From Octopus bimaculoides (lineage: Eukaryota), in assembly GCF_001194135.2 (NCBI RefSeq), contig NC_068989.1, positions 8,810,474 to 8,874,473 on the forward strand: a DNA stretch of 64,000 bases. Reading direction: 5' to 3'. This document shows positions 25,101-39,721 of the stretch, in pieces. The notes below the pieces were generated by a model. The model was not told the origin of the DNA. It worked only from the letters and a program-made list of their open reading frames with translations, and ran no database searches. The stretch's first letter is position 1; each line of letters starts with the position of its first letter. Made by a program: the position numbers and the translations under genes.

Positions 25101-27742
25101 CTAAAACTATTGGTTGTGTTCATCAAAAGAACAGCAGTAGCATTTAGCCAGGCTTTCTATCACAGATATAGTTAACGCTTTCATCAGCCGCAGAACTTAA
25201 CTTCAGTTTTAATCACGTGTCATGACGACCCACAGTGGTGGTCAGGTTATTGTAGATAACTTTTCACTAGACGTTTACGTGACTATTTCTCACAGTTAGT
25301 GATTTGAGTTACGTAAAATAGTTTCTCATTTAGAGAGAAGGCCAGAGATTTTTGTGAAAGAGAATTAGTCAGGCGTAATTTAGCACTTTATGCAGCTAGC
25401 CAGCCATTTTTCTTCTGGTTATCGTCACGTAGTTTATTGCAAAAGTATATCCATTTGATGAATGTATGGAGCTAGCTGTAAAGCGCGTGGCGTACTGATT
25501 TGAGTGTTATCCTCCTGATCATTACGATGTAGGTTCAAGTCTCTAACCAGTTGATACGATATCCTTGAGCAAGGCACTTCATTTCACGTTTCTTCAACAT
25601 TGATTCAGTTCATTCAGCTGAAAATTAATGACTGGAAGAGATGCTTGCTTGCTTCATGCTCTTGTTTGATGGGGCTGAGGTCATCCAAGGTTAGTGGTCC
25701 CAGAGATGTCATCATTGCGAAGAGCCTACAAGGTCCACCAGTGCTCTCCATCGTCAGAGGTCTCGTGCCAGCCCCTCTGCATCCTTCTAGGTGTCGTCGA
25801 GCCTCTGGAGATTTTTCTTAATTACGTCTAGCCATCTGGTGAAGGGTCTGCCACGAGGCTTCTTCCGGCCCGCAGCTGCTACGTCGAATGAGACTAAAGC
25901 CGTGATAGGATGATCTAGCGGAAGACAGAGGACATGTCCATATCGGTGCATGCAACGGATAACTATAAGGTAAGAGGCTGCGGGCTGATGCGTGCACGCA
26001 CACAATTTTTTGTTGGTAACGTGATGATACCATCTGATGTGATATTCTCAATGGTTCTCAGGGCTCTGTTATCGAAGCCGTCGATCTTCTTGGCCAACGT
26101 CTTCAAGAGGGACCACGTTTCTACACTATAGAGGAGGATGGAGAGGACCGATGCGTTGTAAATGCGTAGCTTCGTCTACCGGGAGATAGAGCATTGGTAT
26201 CAGAGGGGCTTTCATAGGAAGTACATAAAACACGCAAGCCCCCTCGCTATGACAAGGCCAAACCCAGGAGAGGAGGTGGCTTGAAAGATCTGAGGAATTA
26301 ATCCTTTGACGAACTTGTGTCCTGCCTAGAGGCGGGAGTTTTGTGTTTTCAGTTCCTTAAACCTCGCAGAAACTGTGATTATCTCTGCTTCTTGAGCTTA
26401 TAGGATCGATGCATATTACTTCCTTTTATGCTTTTGATAGCAGTAAACCACTGTTGCTCCTAGTTTTATTTTAATATTTCTAAATTGTTTAGGAATTATT
26501 CTAAATAGTAGATCACTGTGCTGTGTATACTTTGTCGTATCAAATCCAGTATTGCATTTTTATTTATTTATGGGTTTCAGCCAAGTGGCTGCGGTCATGC
26601 TGGTGCACCACCGTTATCCATGTTCTCCGCTCACTATTCCTGGGAGAGTCACGAGGGTGCAGTTGACTCTCACTTCTTCTTTTAGGTTTTCTCAAAAGCA
26701 ACCATCATTTAACTTCCCGTGTGGATTCCCAAGCGGAACCAACTGAGACTATGAACATTATCCAACCAGCCTGTTCTTGCTCTACCCCTAGCTCTTCTGC
26801 CGCTTGGTTCGGTTTGAAGAATCCGTCTTACGGTTCTTTCCTGCGACATTCTAACCACACATTCATAACACCGGACTGTGATCTTTCAATTCAGAGAAGT
26901 AGCGGCTCAGTGTGGAATGATTTCAGAGGTCCTACAAATTTCAAATACCATAATTTTAAGGCCGCTAGATTAAGTATCCGTAATTACTCTATTGATTATA
27001 TGCGCTCGCCTTACAATATATATATCTTGTTACTTTGTCAGAATATATCAGCATTCCCATAGAGAAAACTCGAATAATGCATCAAGTGGTTCAACAAAGT
27101 AGTTATTTAATCACGTCTGTAAAAAATTCACTCTTTCTCTCCCTCACTCTCTTTCTCACTCTCTCTCTCTCTCACTACCTCTCTCTTGTTCTCACTCGCT
27201 CGCTCACTCCCTCGTTTTTTTCTTCTCTATTTTCTCTTTGATGATTAAATTAGAAGCAATAATTGAAATGATCTACAGAGATTCCTATCTTGTGTTTCTA
27301 TTTAAATATCTACTTTATTAGCATCAACAGACTATAACTATTTCACTGTAGGTGGCTGACTTGAAAACTAATGCCCCTGTCTCAAGTTCATTGTTTCGTT
27401 TCATTAACACCGAACAACAGTTGAAGACAAATTTAACCTCTTATGTTGCTAAAGGCAAACAGATTCGGTTACGTTAGTATTTCCGCCCTTAATATTTTCT
27501 CATAATTTAGAAACAGGATGTAAATAATCAGAGCAGTAGATGATAATATTCCCTTTTAAGAAACTCAAAATGAAATAAATGGAGAGTGACTGGTGTTACT
27601 AAAATATACTTATTTATTAAGAACCGTATGTTCACTTTCTGTAGATCCGTGTGAAATTCAAATATATCTCTTTGAAGATCTATAAATACACAAATCACAT
27701 CCACATACAAGGACCCTTCATACTCATAAAATCACTCACGCA

Positions 27743-27783
<41 letters not shown>

Positions 27784-29127
27784 ACACTTTTGATGTATTC
27801 ATAGACTGTGTTTTTCTTAACAGTGTAGCAAACTTTGAAAGTAGTGACCCATGCAGATATACTTTGGCCAGATATTATGTCGCCCTGAAAAAGACCTAAT
27901 TTTTCTACGTGGATATCACACACACATCAGCTAACCTAAATTTTAAAAAGCTACACCCACACAAAATTTAATATTTTTGTCTTAGAGTCAATGCATCTGC
28001 ATATTTAAATGTGTAATACCCTGATCTCTCGAACCATTGTCATGTGATTATCTTTCAGAAAAAAAAACCGTTTATTCAACAGTGTCACGCCCATTTGTGG
28101 TGGGCGGTATATTTTCGCTTTAAAATTCCTCGCTGTTTGATTGATCTAAACGCTAAATATTTATTTTGAATCTGCAAAGTTGAGGCTTCCTACAAACTGT
28201 TCTCAAACTTTCTGTTCAACAAGAGAAGCACTCAAGGAACTGGCCGAACAAGAAGCTAGCTGCAGTACTCATTTTGAATAAATGTTATTAAAACTGCGAT
28301 TATCATTCACAAATACTAAAACGTTGAGCTGGTAAAATCGTTAGCGAAGGAAGCAAAATGCTTAGCGACATTTCGTCCGTCTTTACGCTCGAGTTCAAAT
28401 TCTGCCGAGGTCGAGTTTAATTTTCATTATCCGTGGGGAGGGGTCAATGAGATAAGTACCAGCTGAGCCCCGGTGTCGATATAATCAGCTTAACTTCTCC
28501 CTTAAAATTACTATCCGTGCACCACTATTTGAAGCGATTATTCACAAATGTATTTCTATTGACACATTGCAAAACACATAACACATTTCTTGAGAAAGGT
28601 AACTCAATTGAAAACTTGAAGAATCATTGTCTCTACTTTGTAAATTTAAGATGTGCATATCTAATTAACTAATCTGCATATTTAATTAGATATTAAATTT
28701 GTTGTTCTTCTAAAGAATGCGGCTTAGCAAATTAACCAGCATACCGTCTGTTACCTATACAACTTGAGATATTTCATTTGTGCATATTAATTATCTGAAT
28801 GTAGTCATTTTTTTTCCATCTTCTACAAATGCTCTTCATAATTTTGCTGAAAACTGTATTTTCAAGAATATCCTGTGCCAATATACAAGAAAAATACATA
28901 TTTGCAATTCTTTTATTCTTTTACTTGCTTCAGTCATTTTGACTGCGGCTGTGCTGGAGCACTGCCTTTAGTTGAGCAAATCGATCCCAGGACCTATTCT
29001 TTGTAAGCCTAGTACTTATTCTATCAGTTTTTTTTACCGAACCGCAAAGCTACGGGGATGTAAACACACCACATCGATTGTCAAGCGATGGTGAAGGAAC
29101 AAACACACAAATGCATACATACATACA

Positions 29128-29163
<36 letters not shown>

Positions 29164-30121
29164 TACGACAGGCTTCTTTCAGTTTCCGTCTACCAAATCC
29201 ACTCACAAGGTTTTGGTTGACCCAAGGCTATAGTAGAAGACACTTTCCCAAGGTGCCATGCAGTGGGACTGAACCCGAAACCATGTGGTTAGGAAGCAAG
29301 CTTCTTATAACTCCTGCGACTCTATATGTTTATATATTATATATAAAAAAAACCTGCAAAAGTGTGACTTCTGTATTTATATATCAAGTTTATAAAATAC
29401 AGGATTTTTTTTATTAATGACATAAAAATACATTATTTCTTTTATAAATTGCATTTCATAATTGATCTCACTTCGTTTTGAACAGAACTTTAAATTGTGA
29501 TGACTCTAGAGTAGTCCAGCTTGCTTAAATTTTCACCAAATGAAATCTGATGCCAAGATTTTAAAAATTCGACCAGTTTTACACGTATCTAATATATTTA
29601 AACTTTCAAACTTCTTTATGACGTTCTAAAACAATATAATTGGTTCTGTCGACATCATACAATAGCATGAGATGACGTCATACAAAATGGAAAATTATGG
29701 CGTCATAAAACCACAAGTAACAGAAGTATTAAATGAACTGTACCATAACTGTGTGAATAATATAGCGAATGCTGACAGAGGTTATGAGTTCATAGAATGG
29801 CGACACAGAATAACAGATTAAATATCTAATGGTATTCAGTTACTTCGTTTCATGTTCTGGTTCCAAATCTCACCGAGATTATTTTGGTTCCTGATTGTTC
29901 CAGCGTTGAAAAAAGTACTGATCTCACTTCAATTTTCAACTACTTTTAATTTTCACAAAACATATGGCGCTGCCGTGACTGTGTAGTAGGCAGCTTGCTT
30001 CCCAACCGTATGGTTTCAGTCCTACAACGTGGCACCTTGGGCGAGTGTCATCTACTCTAGGCTCGGACCGACAAAAGCCTTATGAGTGGATTTGATAGAG
30101 GAAAACTGAAAGAAACCCGTC

Positions 30122-30173
<52 letters not shown>

Positions 30174-31265
30174 TAATGATTTGTAGGTACGTGGTATTTC
30201 GTTATGCAACCATAACATACTATAAAGTATATTAAATGTTTTTTTATAAGTCAATATCACGTCCTACTGCGTTAGCAGTGCTCTTTAAATTATTTTGTTA
30301 AGGTTAGTTCTACAAATATTCTATAGAAATTATAGCCATCACTAATTTTTGCTACAACGTTTCGAATCGAGACGTCAGATGTAAACTAACAATGAGACCG
30401 AAGAGAAAAATGGGTAATGTGTGTATATATACCTTATTCCGGATGGTTTGCCCCTTCATCGTTTGGATTACATTTAACTTTCGACCTACCATGGAAAAGA
30501 ACAAAATGGTAATATACTGAAACGGAATTCATGTGCTGCACAGCGTTTCCTGTTACAAAGAAATTCTTGTACAAATTAGATGTATCATCTAGTACCTAAT
30601 ACGTGTAGGGGCTGTCTGGGATGAGATTTCTTCAGTATTGGTGACAAGATGTAAAGAACAGGGGAATCAGTAAGGTTGCACGATAGGGTTTTGAAAACTT
30701 CCTAGCTTTAAGGGTATCGCGAAAGACCATCCGAGTTTTTTTTACAAGGCTTAGAAAAACTCGAGGGCTGCTACAATAAGTGTGTGAGTCTGAGAGGTGA
30801 ATATGTTGAATAAAATCATAATTAACTGATCCTCCTGTATTTTCTTTTACCCAAAGCCAGGAACTTTTCCACACCCTCTCGTGTGTCTCAAAGACACAAA
30901 GTTTTATGAAAGGAAAATAGTGACTTTCTCGCAGTTATATATATAAAAGCATTAGCTACTGTAACGATTGAAATGATGTGAATGCTTCCCGTTCTCGCAA
31001 GTAAAAAGAAAAGTATCTGAAACTTATAACAGATCTGTTTCGGAATAACTGTCTCTTACTAGAGAAGATTTACCAACTTTTCTTCGTTTGCTCAGACGAA
31101 TTTTAATCTAAATCGATATGCGTTGGCTGTATCCTAACACAATATTACATTATCAGCCGTCCTGACCTGCATATAATAGATAGTTGGCCTTGTGGTAAAT
31201 TAAATAGTATGCAGAATACATATAGCTACATTATACATGTTTCAGGTTTTCTGAAATACGAGATG

Positions 31266-31296
<31 letters not shown>

Positions 31297-34017
31297 GCAT
31301 TATATATATATATATACATGTGTATATATATATATATATATATNNNNNNNNNNNNNNNNNNNNNNNNNNNNNNNNNNNNNNNNNNNNNNNNNNNNNNNNN
31401 NNNNNNNNNNNNNNNNNNNNNNNNNNNNNNNNNNNNNNNNNNNNNNNNNNNNNNNNNNNNNNNNNNNNNNNNNNNNNNNNNNNNNNNNNNNNNNNNNNNN
31501 NNNNNNNNNNNNNNNNNNNNNNNNNNNNNNNNNNNNNNNNNNNNNNNNNNNNNNNNNNNNNNNNNNNNNNNNNNNNNNNNNNNNNNNNNNNNNNNNNNNN
31601 NNNNNNNNNNNNNNNNNNNNNNNNNNNNNNNNNNNNNNNNNNNNNNNNNNNNNNNNNNNNNNNNNNNNNNNNNNNNNNNNNNNNNNNNNNNNNNNNNNNN
31701 NNNNNNNNNNNNNNNNNNNNNNNNNNNNNNNNNNNNNNNNNNNNNNNNNNNNNNNNNNNNNNNNNNNNNNNNNNNNNNNNNNNNNNNNNNNNNNNNNNNN
31801 NNNNNNNNNNNNNNNNNNNNNNNNNNNNNNNNNNNNNNNNNNNNNNNNNNNNNNNNNNNNNNNNNNNNNNNNNNNNNNNNNNNNNNNNNNNNNNNNNNNN
31901 NNNNNNNNNNNNNNNNNNNNNNNNNNNNNNNNNNNNNNNNNNNNNAATTAATAGTTATCGCCAAGCCAACATGGCAGTCCCAAAATTAGGACGAAAGCTG
32001 CCGTGAATTAGCTCCAAGAAGCCATCGCCTCTAGCTAGCTATGTGACACACGAAACCTGTGTCCTTTATAACCTTCGAACAGGGGAGGTCAGCAGTGTCC
32101 CCCTGCTGGTTTGGCATCTGCAGACTAGACTAGTTTCAGGGTGTTGCCCCTTGTCAATGCAGAGTAGCCAAGCCTTAGCCAGGCGGCGCTGCTGACTATC
32201 TGCTCGAAGGTTATTTATCTAATTTCAGTGGAATCTATCCACTGGAGCGTCGATCTTACGACCGTGAGGTTGTGAGTTCGAATCTTGGACCGGGCTGCGT
32301 GTTGTGTTCTTGAGCAAGACACTTTATTTCACGCTGCTCTAATTCACTCAGCTCACTCAGCTGTGTGGCGTTGAATCACTGATTCATTTATCACAATGTT
32401 TTGGTGTGTGTGTGTTTTGTTTTTTTGTTTTTTTTTTGTTTTTTTGTTTGTTTGTTTTTTTTTGTTTTTTTGTTGTTTTTTTTGTGGTGGGTTAGAATCA
32501 AACCCCTCTGATAAACGGAGATGTATATATTTGGAATTAAGATTACCTCAAATTTGTGGTTTGCAGCTTCAGAAGACTTCTGAAATCATCTTTAAAAAAA
32601 TAACCTTATTTAATGTTGATGTTGTTTTTGTTCTTGTTTAACTCCAGGTCAACACTGATCGAACCACCCTATGGTCATAGACGTTCCGACTATAACGAAG
32701 CCGTTTTTTTTCCGTTCTCACACAGTATACTCCAAACTACCTTATTCAATTTGTATTCCGTCGCTTCAGAAGGTTGTTCATGATTTGATGAAAATTTGAC
32801 TGTTATTTCTAGGAGGTGAGCTACAATATTGAGGCTCCCGCATTGGCTTGAGGTCTTCTAAAAAGTCTTTTAATATTTGATCGTTTTATCTCTACTAAAA
32901 ACCAAAGACAGATCAATTTCTTCTTCATTCCTGCAAATATTATTGATAAATTATTATTCTAGAAACGTGTTACTCGTCAATTTCAGGATTTATGAAGAAA
33001 TGGTAATGCCGATTTTTTTCTGATTCTCATTTCCTGCCTTCCATTTAAAAAAAAAATTAACGATGGGTTTTATACTATTTCTGTATTCATTTCAGGAACG
33101 CAGAGTAATTCTTCTTATTAGGTTATTCTAATCCAAAACCAGTTACTTGATTATGTTTCTGTATTTCTTTCTATGCCGGGTCCCTGTTGCTATTTCTGGG
33201 GCTGGNNNNNNNNNNNNNNNNNNNNNNNNNNNNNNNNNNNNNNNNNNNNNNNNNNNNNNNNNNNNNNNNNNNNNNNNNNNNNNNNNNNNNNNNNNNNNNN
33301 NNNNNNNNNNNNNNNNNNNNNNNNNNNNNNNNNNNNNNNNNNNNNNNNNNNNNNNNNNNNNNNNNNNNNNNNNNNNNNNNNNNNNNNNNNNNNNNNNNNN
33401 NNNNNNNNNNNNNNNNNNNNNNNNNNNNNNNNNNNNNNNNNNNNNNNNNNNNNNNNNNNNNNNNNNNNNNNNNNNNNNNNNNNNNNNNNNNNNNNNNNNN
33501 NNNNNNNNNNNNNNNNNNNNNNNNNNNNNNNNNNNNNNNNNNNNNNNNNNNNNNNNNNNNNNNNNNNNNNNNNNNNNNNNNNNNNNNNNNNNNNNNNNNN
33601 NNNNNNNNNNNNNNNNNNNNNNNNNNNNNNNNNNNNNNNNNNNNNNNNNNNNNNNNNNNNNNNNNNNNNNNNNNNNNNNNNNNNNNNNNNNNNNNNNNNN
33701 NNNNNNNNNNNNNNNNNNNNNNNNNNNNNNNNNNNNNNNNNNNNNNNNNNNNNNNNNNNNNNNNNNNNNNNNNNNNNNNNNNNNNNNNNNNNNNNNNNNN
33801 NNNNNNNNNNNNNNNNNNNNNNNNNNNNNNNNNNNNNNNNNNNNNNNNNNNNNNNNNNAACGGGATTCTTTCAGTTTCCGTCTACAAAATCCACTCACAA
33901 GGCTTTGGTTGGCTCAAGGTAAGAAGACATTTACTTAAGGTGCCACACAATGGGACTGAACCCGGAACCATGTGGCTGATGAGAAGCAAGCTTCTTACCA
34001 CACAGCCACGCCTGCGC

Positions 34018-34063
<46 letters not shown>

Positions 34064-35915
34064 CAGGCTTCTTTCAGTTTCCGTCTACTAAATTCACTCA
34101 AAAGGCATTAGTCGACCTGGAATTAAAGTAGAAGGCACTAACTTGCCTAAGGAGCAATACATTGGGACTGAACCACACAAATCTTAACCACACAAATTTA
34201 ATCTGATTTTTTTTTTATATATTTTACCATTAACGTTGACTTTGATGCTATTTCTATTTTATTTATTTGTTTCTTTTTTTTGTTGAATTCTATTCTAGTG
34301 CTAACGAAGTGTTTGATGCCACATACCCGACAAACGTTCTGGTCTCTTACAATGGATTTTGTCACTGGGTACCTCCTGGTATGTTCAAGAGTACATGTCA
34401 GATTGACATCGCCTGGTTTCCCTTTGATGATCAGAAGTGTACACTCAAATTTGGTTCGTGGACCCACGATGGGCGTTACCTTGATCTTCAGCTTGATGGA
34501 GACGGTAACGGAGATACGTCAAGTTTTATAAGAAATGGAGAATGGAAGTTAATAGGTAAGATAAAGACAACATCAATTTTTAAACATGTACACGAGATTA
34601 GTTTACATCATTTTATTGTTTTTTTGTTTTTGTTACTGTATCTCGGGAAAGTCGTTATTCCGATAATAGACACACACACTGGTTCTATTTCACGTCCTTA
34701 CTTTTATTTGTCAATTGGTTAACTATTCAACCAGTTAATTAATAATCAATTGTTTGAGTAATCATTTGGTCAAACAATCAATCAGCTAGGCCCTTCGAAG
34801 CCCTTTCCTCACCACTGGCAATCTAATCAATGACATGCCGTCCTTATCCTAAGTCTACTTCAAGCCTGTCAAATAAAAATAAAGAAGGGAAATAGAATCA
34901 GTGCGTGTGTTCATTATTGGCATAATAACTCTCCCAATATACAACGATGTTTCAGCACACGAGACCACATTAAGTATCTTGCCATCCAAATGCAAGAAAG
35001 AAATTCTAATTCTCCTTCTGTGTGTGTGTGTGTGTGTGTGTGTNNNNNNNNNNNNNNNNNNNNNNNNNNNNNNNNNNNNNNNNNNNNNNNNNNNNNNNNN
35101 NNNNNNNNNNNNNNNNNNNNNNNNNNNNNNNNNNNNNNNNNNNNNNNNNNNNNNNNNNNNNNNNNNNNNNNNNNNNNNNNNNNNNNNNNNNNNNNNNNNN
35201 NNNNNNNNNNNNNNNNNNNNNNNNNNNNNNNNNNNNNNNNNNNNNNNNNNNNNNNNNNNNNNNNNNNNNNNNNNNNNNNNNNNNNNNNNNNNNNNNNNNN
35301 NNNNNNNNNNNNNNNNNNNNNNNNNNNNNNNNNNNNNNNNNNNNNNNNNNNNNNNNNNNNNNNNNNNNNNNNNNNNNNNNNNNNNNNNNNNNNNNNNNNN
35401 NNNNNNNNNNNNNNNNNNNNNNNNNNNNNNNNNNNNNNNNNNNNNNNNNNNNNNNNNNNNNNNNNNNNNNNNNNNNNNNNNNNNNNNNNNNNNNNNNNNN
35501 NNNNNNNNNNNNNNNNNNNNNNNNNNNNNNNNNNNNNNNNNNNNNNNNNNNNNNNNNNNNNNNNNNNNNNNNNNNNNNNNNNNNNNNNNNNNNNNNNNNN
35601 NNNNNNNNNNNNNNNNNNNNNATATATATATATATATATATATACAGAACCTGTATGTCTAAGTTAGGTTATATTACAGACCTTAGCATGGCTCTCTAAA
35701 ATATTTTCGTACAAATCTTGAAATGTTTCGTGCATGTAATACTAATTAGTTTACTTGTTTTCATTAAAAGAAAATAATCTATGGATAGTTATATACTATT
35801 TGGAATGTTGCACTGTTCTTTAGGAACATGTGAGACACAAGATATTGGTGCGGTTCTCAATGAAATACTAACGAAAATTCACATAACGTTTGTATATATG
35901 TATTTAAATGTGGAT

Positions 35916-35947
<32 letters not shown>

Positions 35948-38900
35948 GGAGGGAGGGAAGGAGGTAGGTAGGTAGGTAGGTAAAGAGGTAGACACACACA
36001 CAGACAGATAGATAGATAACTTTGTTTATTGGATGCAGAGGGCCAATTTCTCACGCTGGCGAGCATTTTTGAGGTGTGGGGGATCATTTTCAACTTATTC
36101 CAGAAAGATTAAAGATTAATTTACCATACTAACGATAGTTAATTTCGTCCGAATTGATTCCATTATACTTTAATGGTGCCTTCACAATATAACAACGTTT
36201 CGCACCGATTTACGTATCAATCCTCAACGATTTTCATCCTGTGATCAAGTTCATCCAATGAAACCTAGCTTACCATCGATTAGTACGAAGTCATCTTTTA
36301 AGTCGCGTGCGACCACAGTTTGACTAAATTTATCAGACGCGCAATTTAATCTCTGAGTAATGGCCGTGTGAATCGCTAACTGTTCATCTGTACACATAAA
36401 TATGAACACATGAACGCGCGCGCCCAAAATTATATATACATATACACGGTTGACATTGCTTAAATCTAGGTCACCTCTCAACCAACTCTAGCCTTGACTA
36501 TCTTGTCCTATTTTTATAAGCAATATACCTCAAGCTACATTATGCAATGTCTCCTATTTTTAGGGCTTTATGGTGTGGTTTGAGAGGGATTTGGCTGTTA
36601 TGTGTAGCAGATCAAGCGACTACAAAAGGCTTTTTCGTTGATATGGAAGTTAAATATTTAGGTGACACGTCGAAACCGAAACCGAAACGATAAGGTTGTT
36701 AGCTGCAAGAAATCGAGTTGACATCTGATGCTATGAAGAATGCCACAAAGGAAATATTATTACAAAGCTAAATTCATGTCCTTTTAGATCGATCCAAATG
36801 TTGAATGGAACATGCCGCTCAATATCAGAGCAGAGCAATGGAGTCGTTATCTTAGCATTTCAGGATATCATATTAAGAGGCAGTTATTATTCTTCATTAC
36901 AATGAACCTATTTCTATCGTAATGATCTATTGAATAACCGACTCTCTGCTCGTTTCAGACGTGATTTATGGTCATTTGTAACACCCAATGAGCAGGTTTA
37001 TCTTGCTAAAATAGACATTGTTCTGCATTTTATTCTCGGCCAACCAGCAACAACCGATATTTTGCTTCACTTATCAAAAGGATTAAAATCCCAGCAAATG
37101 TGTTAAAAGTCAGAAAATTCAATAAGTACCGATAAATATTATATTATCTGTGATTCTTTACTAACTTTTAGACTTAGAAAAGATTGTATTCTGACGTAAA
37201 ACGACACTTGTATATCAAAAACTGCTATGTTAAGTCTGATACTGAAGACTAAAAAGACAGTAGTAATCAAAACACAAAAGTATCATTATTCCATTCGGTT
37301 CATATTTATTTCTCAAATATCTTAATCACTGAAGCATTACATTTTTGTTTTAAATTACGTTCAAGATCCGTTTTCGTATATATAAATATCGAAGTCGATT
37401 TATGTGATCTTTTCACTGTTTTATTCTTACTAAAGTTATCGATCTTTTAGAGATACATAGGAAAGTGTGCTTCGTCTCAAATATTTGTTATGGCTTCGAG
37501 GAAGAAGTGCGCGCCCATGATCTTTTGCAAGGCCTTAAAAAATCGGGGTTGATCGAGAACCCGCAACTTATGCCTTACTGTAGTAACACATAGAATTATT
37601 GTCAGTTTCCGTGACCTACCCGGTGTACTTAGAACAGAATAGATTCCGCTGGGAGTAGTAAGGACTATGTGGTAATGCGAAAGCAGGAATATTTAGCAAT
37701 TGAACCCGGATCCCTATATCCGATGTAAAAAAAAAAAACAAGCAACTCTAGATTACGGTTGAGATTCGCTATAATATTTACTTACGTCGTCAACAAAATT
37801 TGACCCAATCAACACGTCGCTTGGAACCTGATCTAACAACAATTTTATCTTCGGCGCGATTTATTCTGAACCAAACCACTTCTATTTATTCAGTGCATTT
37901 TAGCCACTACTGACAAACGGTTGGTGGAATACATCAGACCGGAAACGGAAGGCAGCACCGGCAGGAGCTGACCAAGGAGCTGTAATAACACAAAATCAAT
38001 GAATGGACGGCGATAGTAACACGCAATGACCAGCTAACATTTTGACAGCTATTATTATCACAACAGCCCAAGAACAATCTCCGAACTTTCTCAATATTTT
38101 GTCGTTCATAGCAACGACAACATGTTTTCTTTACGATAAGAATAAATATATTTTTATCAAATGTCTCAAACAAATTTCAGTGTTCTTCATATAATAAGTC
38201 TAATAACCAAAATTAGATATGGTTTGACCTAGTTATAACATTCTCAAAGGATATAGGGTTGGAGTTTGGTCAGGATAAATGTTGTTATATAGTTGTGAAA
38301 AGGCTCCCACTTTGAAAGGTATGCGTTTGCAATCCAGGAACAGGAAATATCAACCAAATACCTGATGCACACAAGGGATAGAGATGCAGGAAAAGCAGTA
38401 AAATGTAACAACCGATGCAGATTTGTGGTGTTAACACCGAAGAAATTACCCACATCGTAAGCAGTTGACCGAAAATGTCATCACGGTATATCTACTGATG
38501 AGGCATGAAGTTGTAGCTAGGATACTCTATAATGAAATCCGTTGGAAGGATAACCTCGAGGACAAAGAAATAAGAACCCACACTCATAAGCCACTCATAA
38601 TAAAAAGGAGTACTGGTGGAATGTCTCAGTGAAGACCTCAATAAAATGTAAGCACAACAGACCTGATATAATGATTTGGGATGAGAAGAGAAACTGTGTA
38701 CAGTTATGGAAATCAGCTGCCCAGGGGATGTTAACATAAAGCTGAAGATCAGTGAAAAAGAGAATACCTACGCTGAACTATTGAGAAATCTACAGTTACT
38801 CTATCCAGATTAGAAGTTCAGGTTTATACCTGTAATTATTGGGACCCTGAGATATGTAACACTCTGCCTAAATACTAATCTTTAGAAATTAGACAGAATG

Positions 38901-39682
38901 GCGAAAGCTAATTCGAAGACTACAGATCCAGTCCATCACTAGAACAGTAAAAATCTGTAAAATTTTCCAGAAGTTTGTCATTTAAATATATATGAGCATG
39001 TCTAGATATGCAACTATACGGATTAGGATACATACATAAAACAAACCATACAAACCTGTATACATACATACATACATGCATACAAAAATACCCTGTTGTT
39101 GATGTTGAAATTCCAATGAAGGAACCTTGGATCTAGGTTAGAAACCGGTTCTTTCTCTATTGGCAAGAACTCTTGAAATAAAACTGAACAAGGACATACA
39201 TACATACATACATACATACATACATACATACATACGTATAAACATACACACTCACACATACATATAAACCAGATAGATAGCCATATGCAAAATAATTCCG
39301 ATTATTAGAGCTACGAGAATAATCCCAAGCAAGGTTGAAGGTAATTAGACTTAGCTCCATATATGAAATGTCATGAAAATAACCTTTCGCATCTTAAAAA
39401 AAAGTAAAGCGTCCGTCTCATTGAATCGCAATCATTTTAGTAGGGCTTTCAGACGAAAACAACATTGTGCGTTTGCTGGCGTTCATAATTCTCTGTCGCA
39501 CGCTATTCCATGCTCATCTATCTATCTATCTATCTACTTATCTATTTATCTTATATTTTCTTTTCTGTCTTTTCCATTCTGTCCTTAATATACATTCGTT
39601 TTGACCAGGATGCTTGCTTGTTTCAAGCAAAACTTCCTTTTAATGCACGCATTATTAGCGTGTAGCACACACATACATGCGT

Positions 39683-39721
<39 letters not shown>

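Noticed and set aside
30340-30390. Minus-strand CTGACG...TTCGAAACGTT hammerhead-like trace (similar trace at 36185-36235)
   Set aside because: Core or stem pairing is too broken to support a call.
31970-32005. GTCC-caaaatta-GGAC-GAAA, resembling stem II of the schistosome hammerhead
   Set aside because: No CUGANGA upstream (catggcag instead) and no NUH or stem III; half a motif only.
31209-35699. Long ORF-track entries (200-367 aa) here and at 47941-48563 and 58489-59702
   Set aside because: They are read-through of N gaps and adjacent microsatellites.
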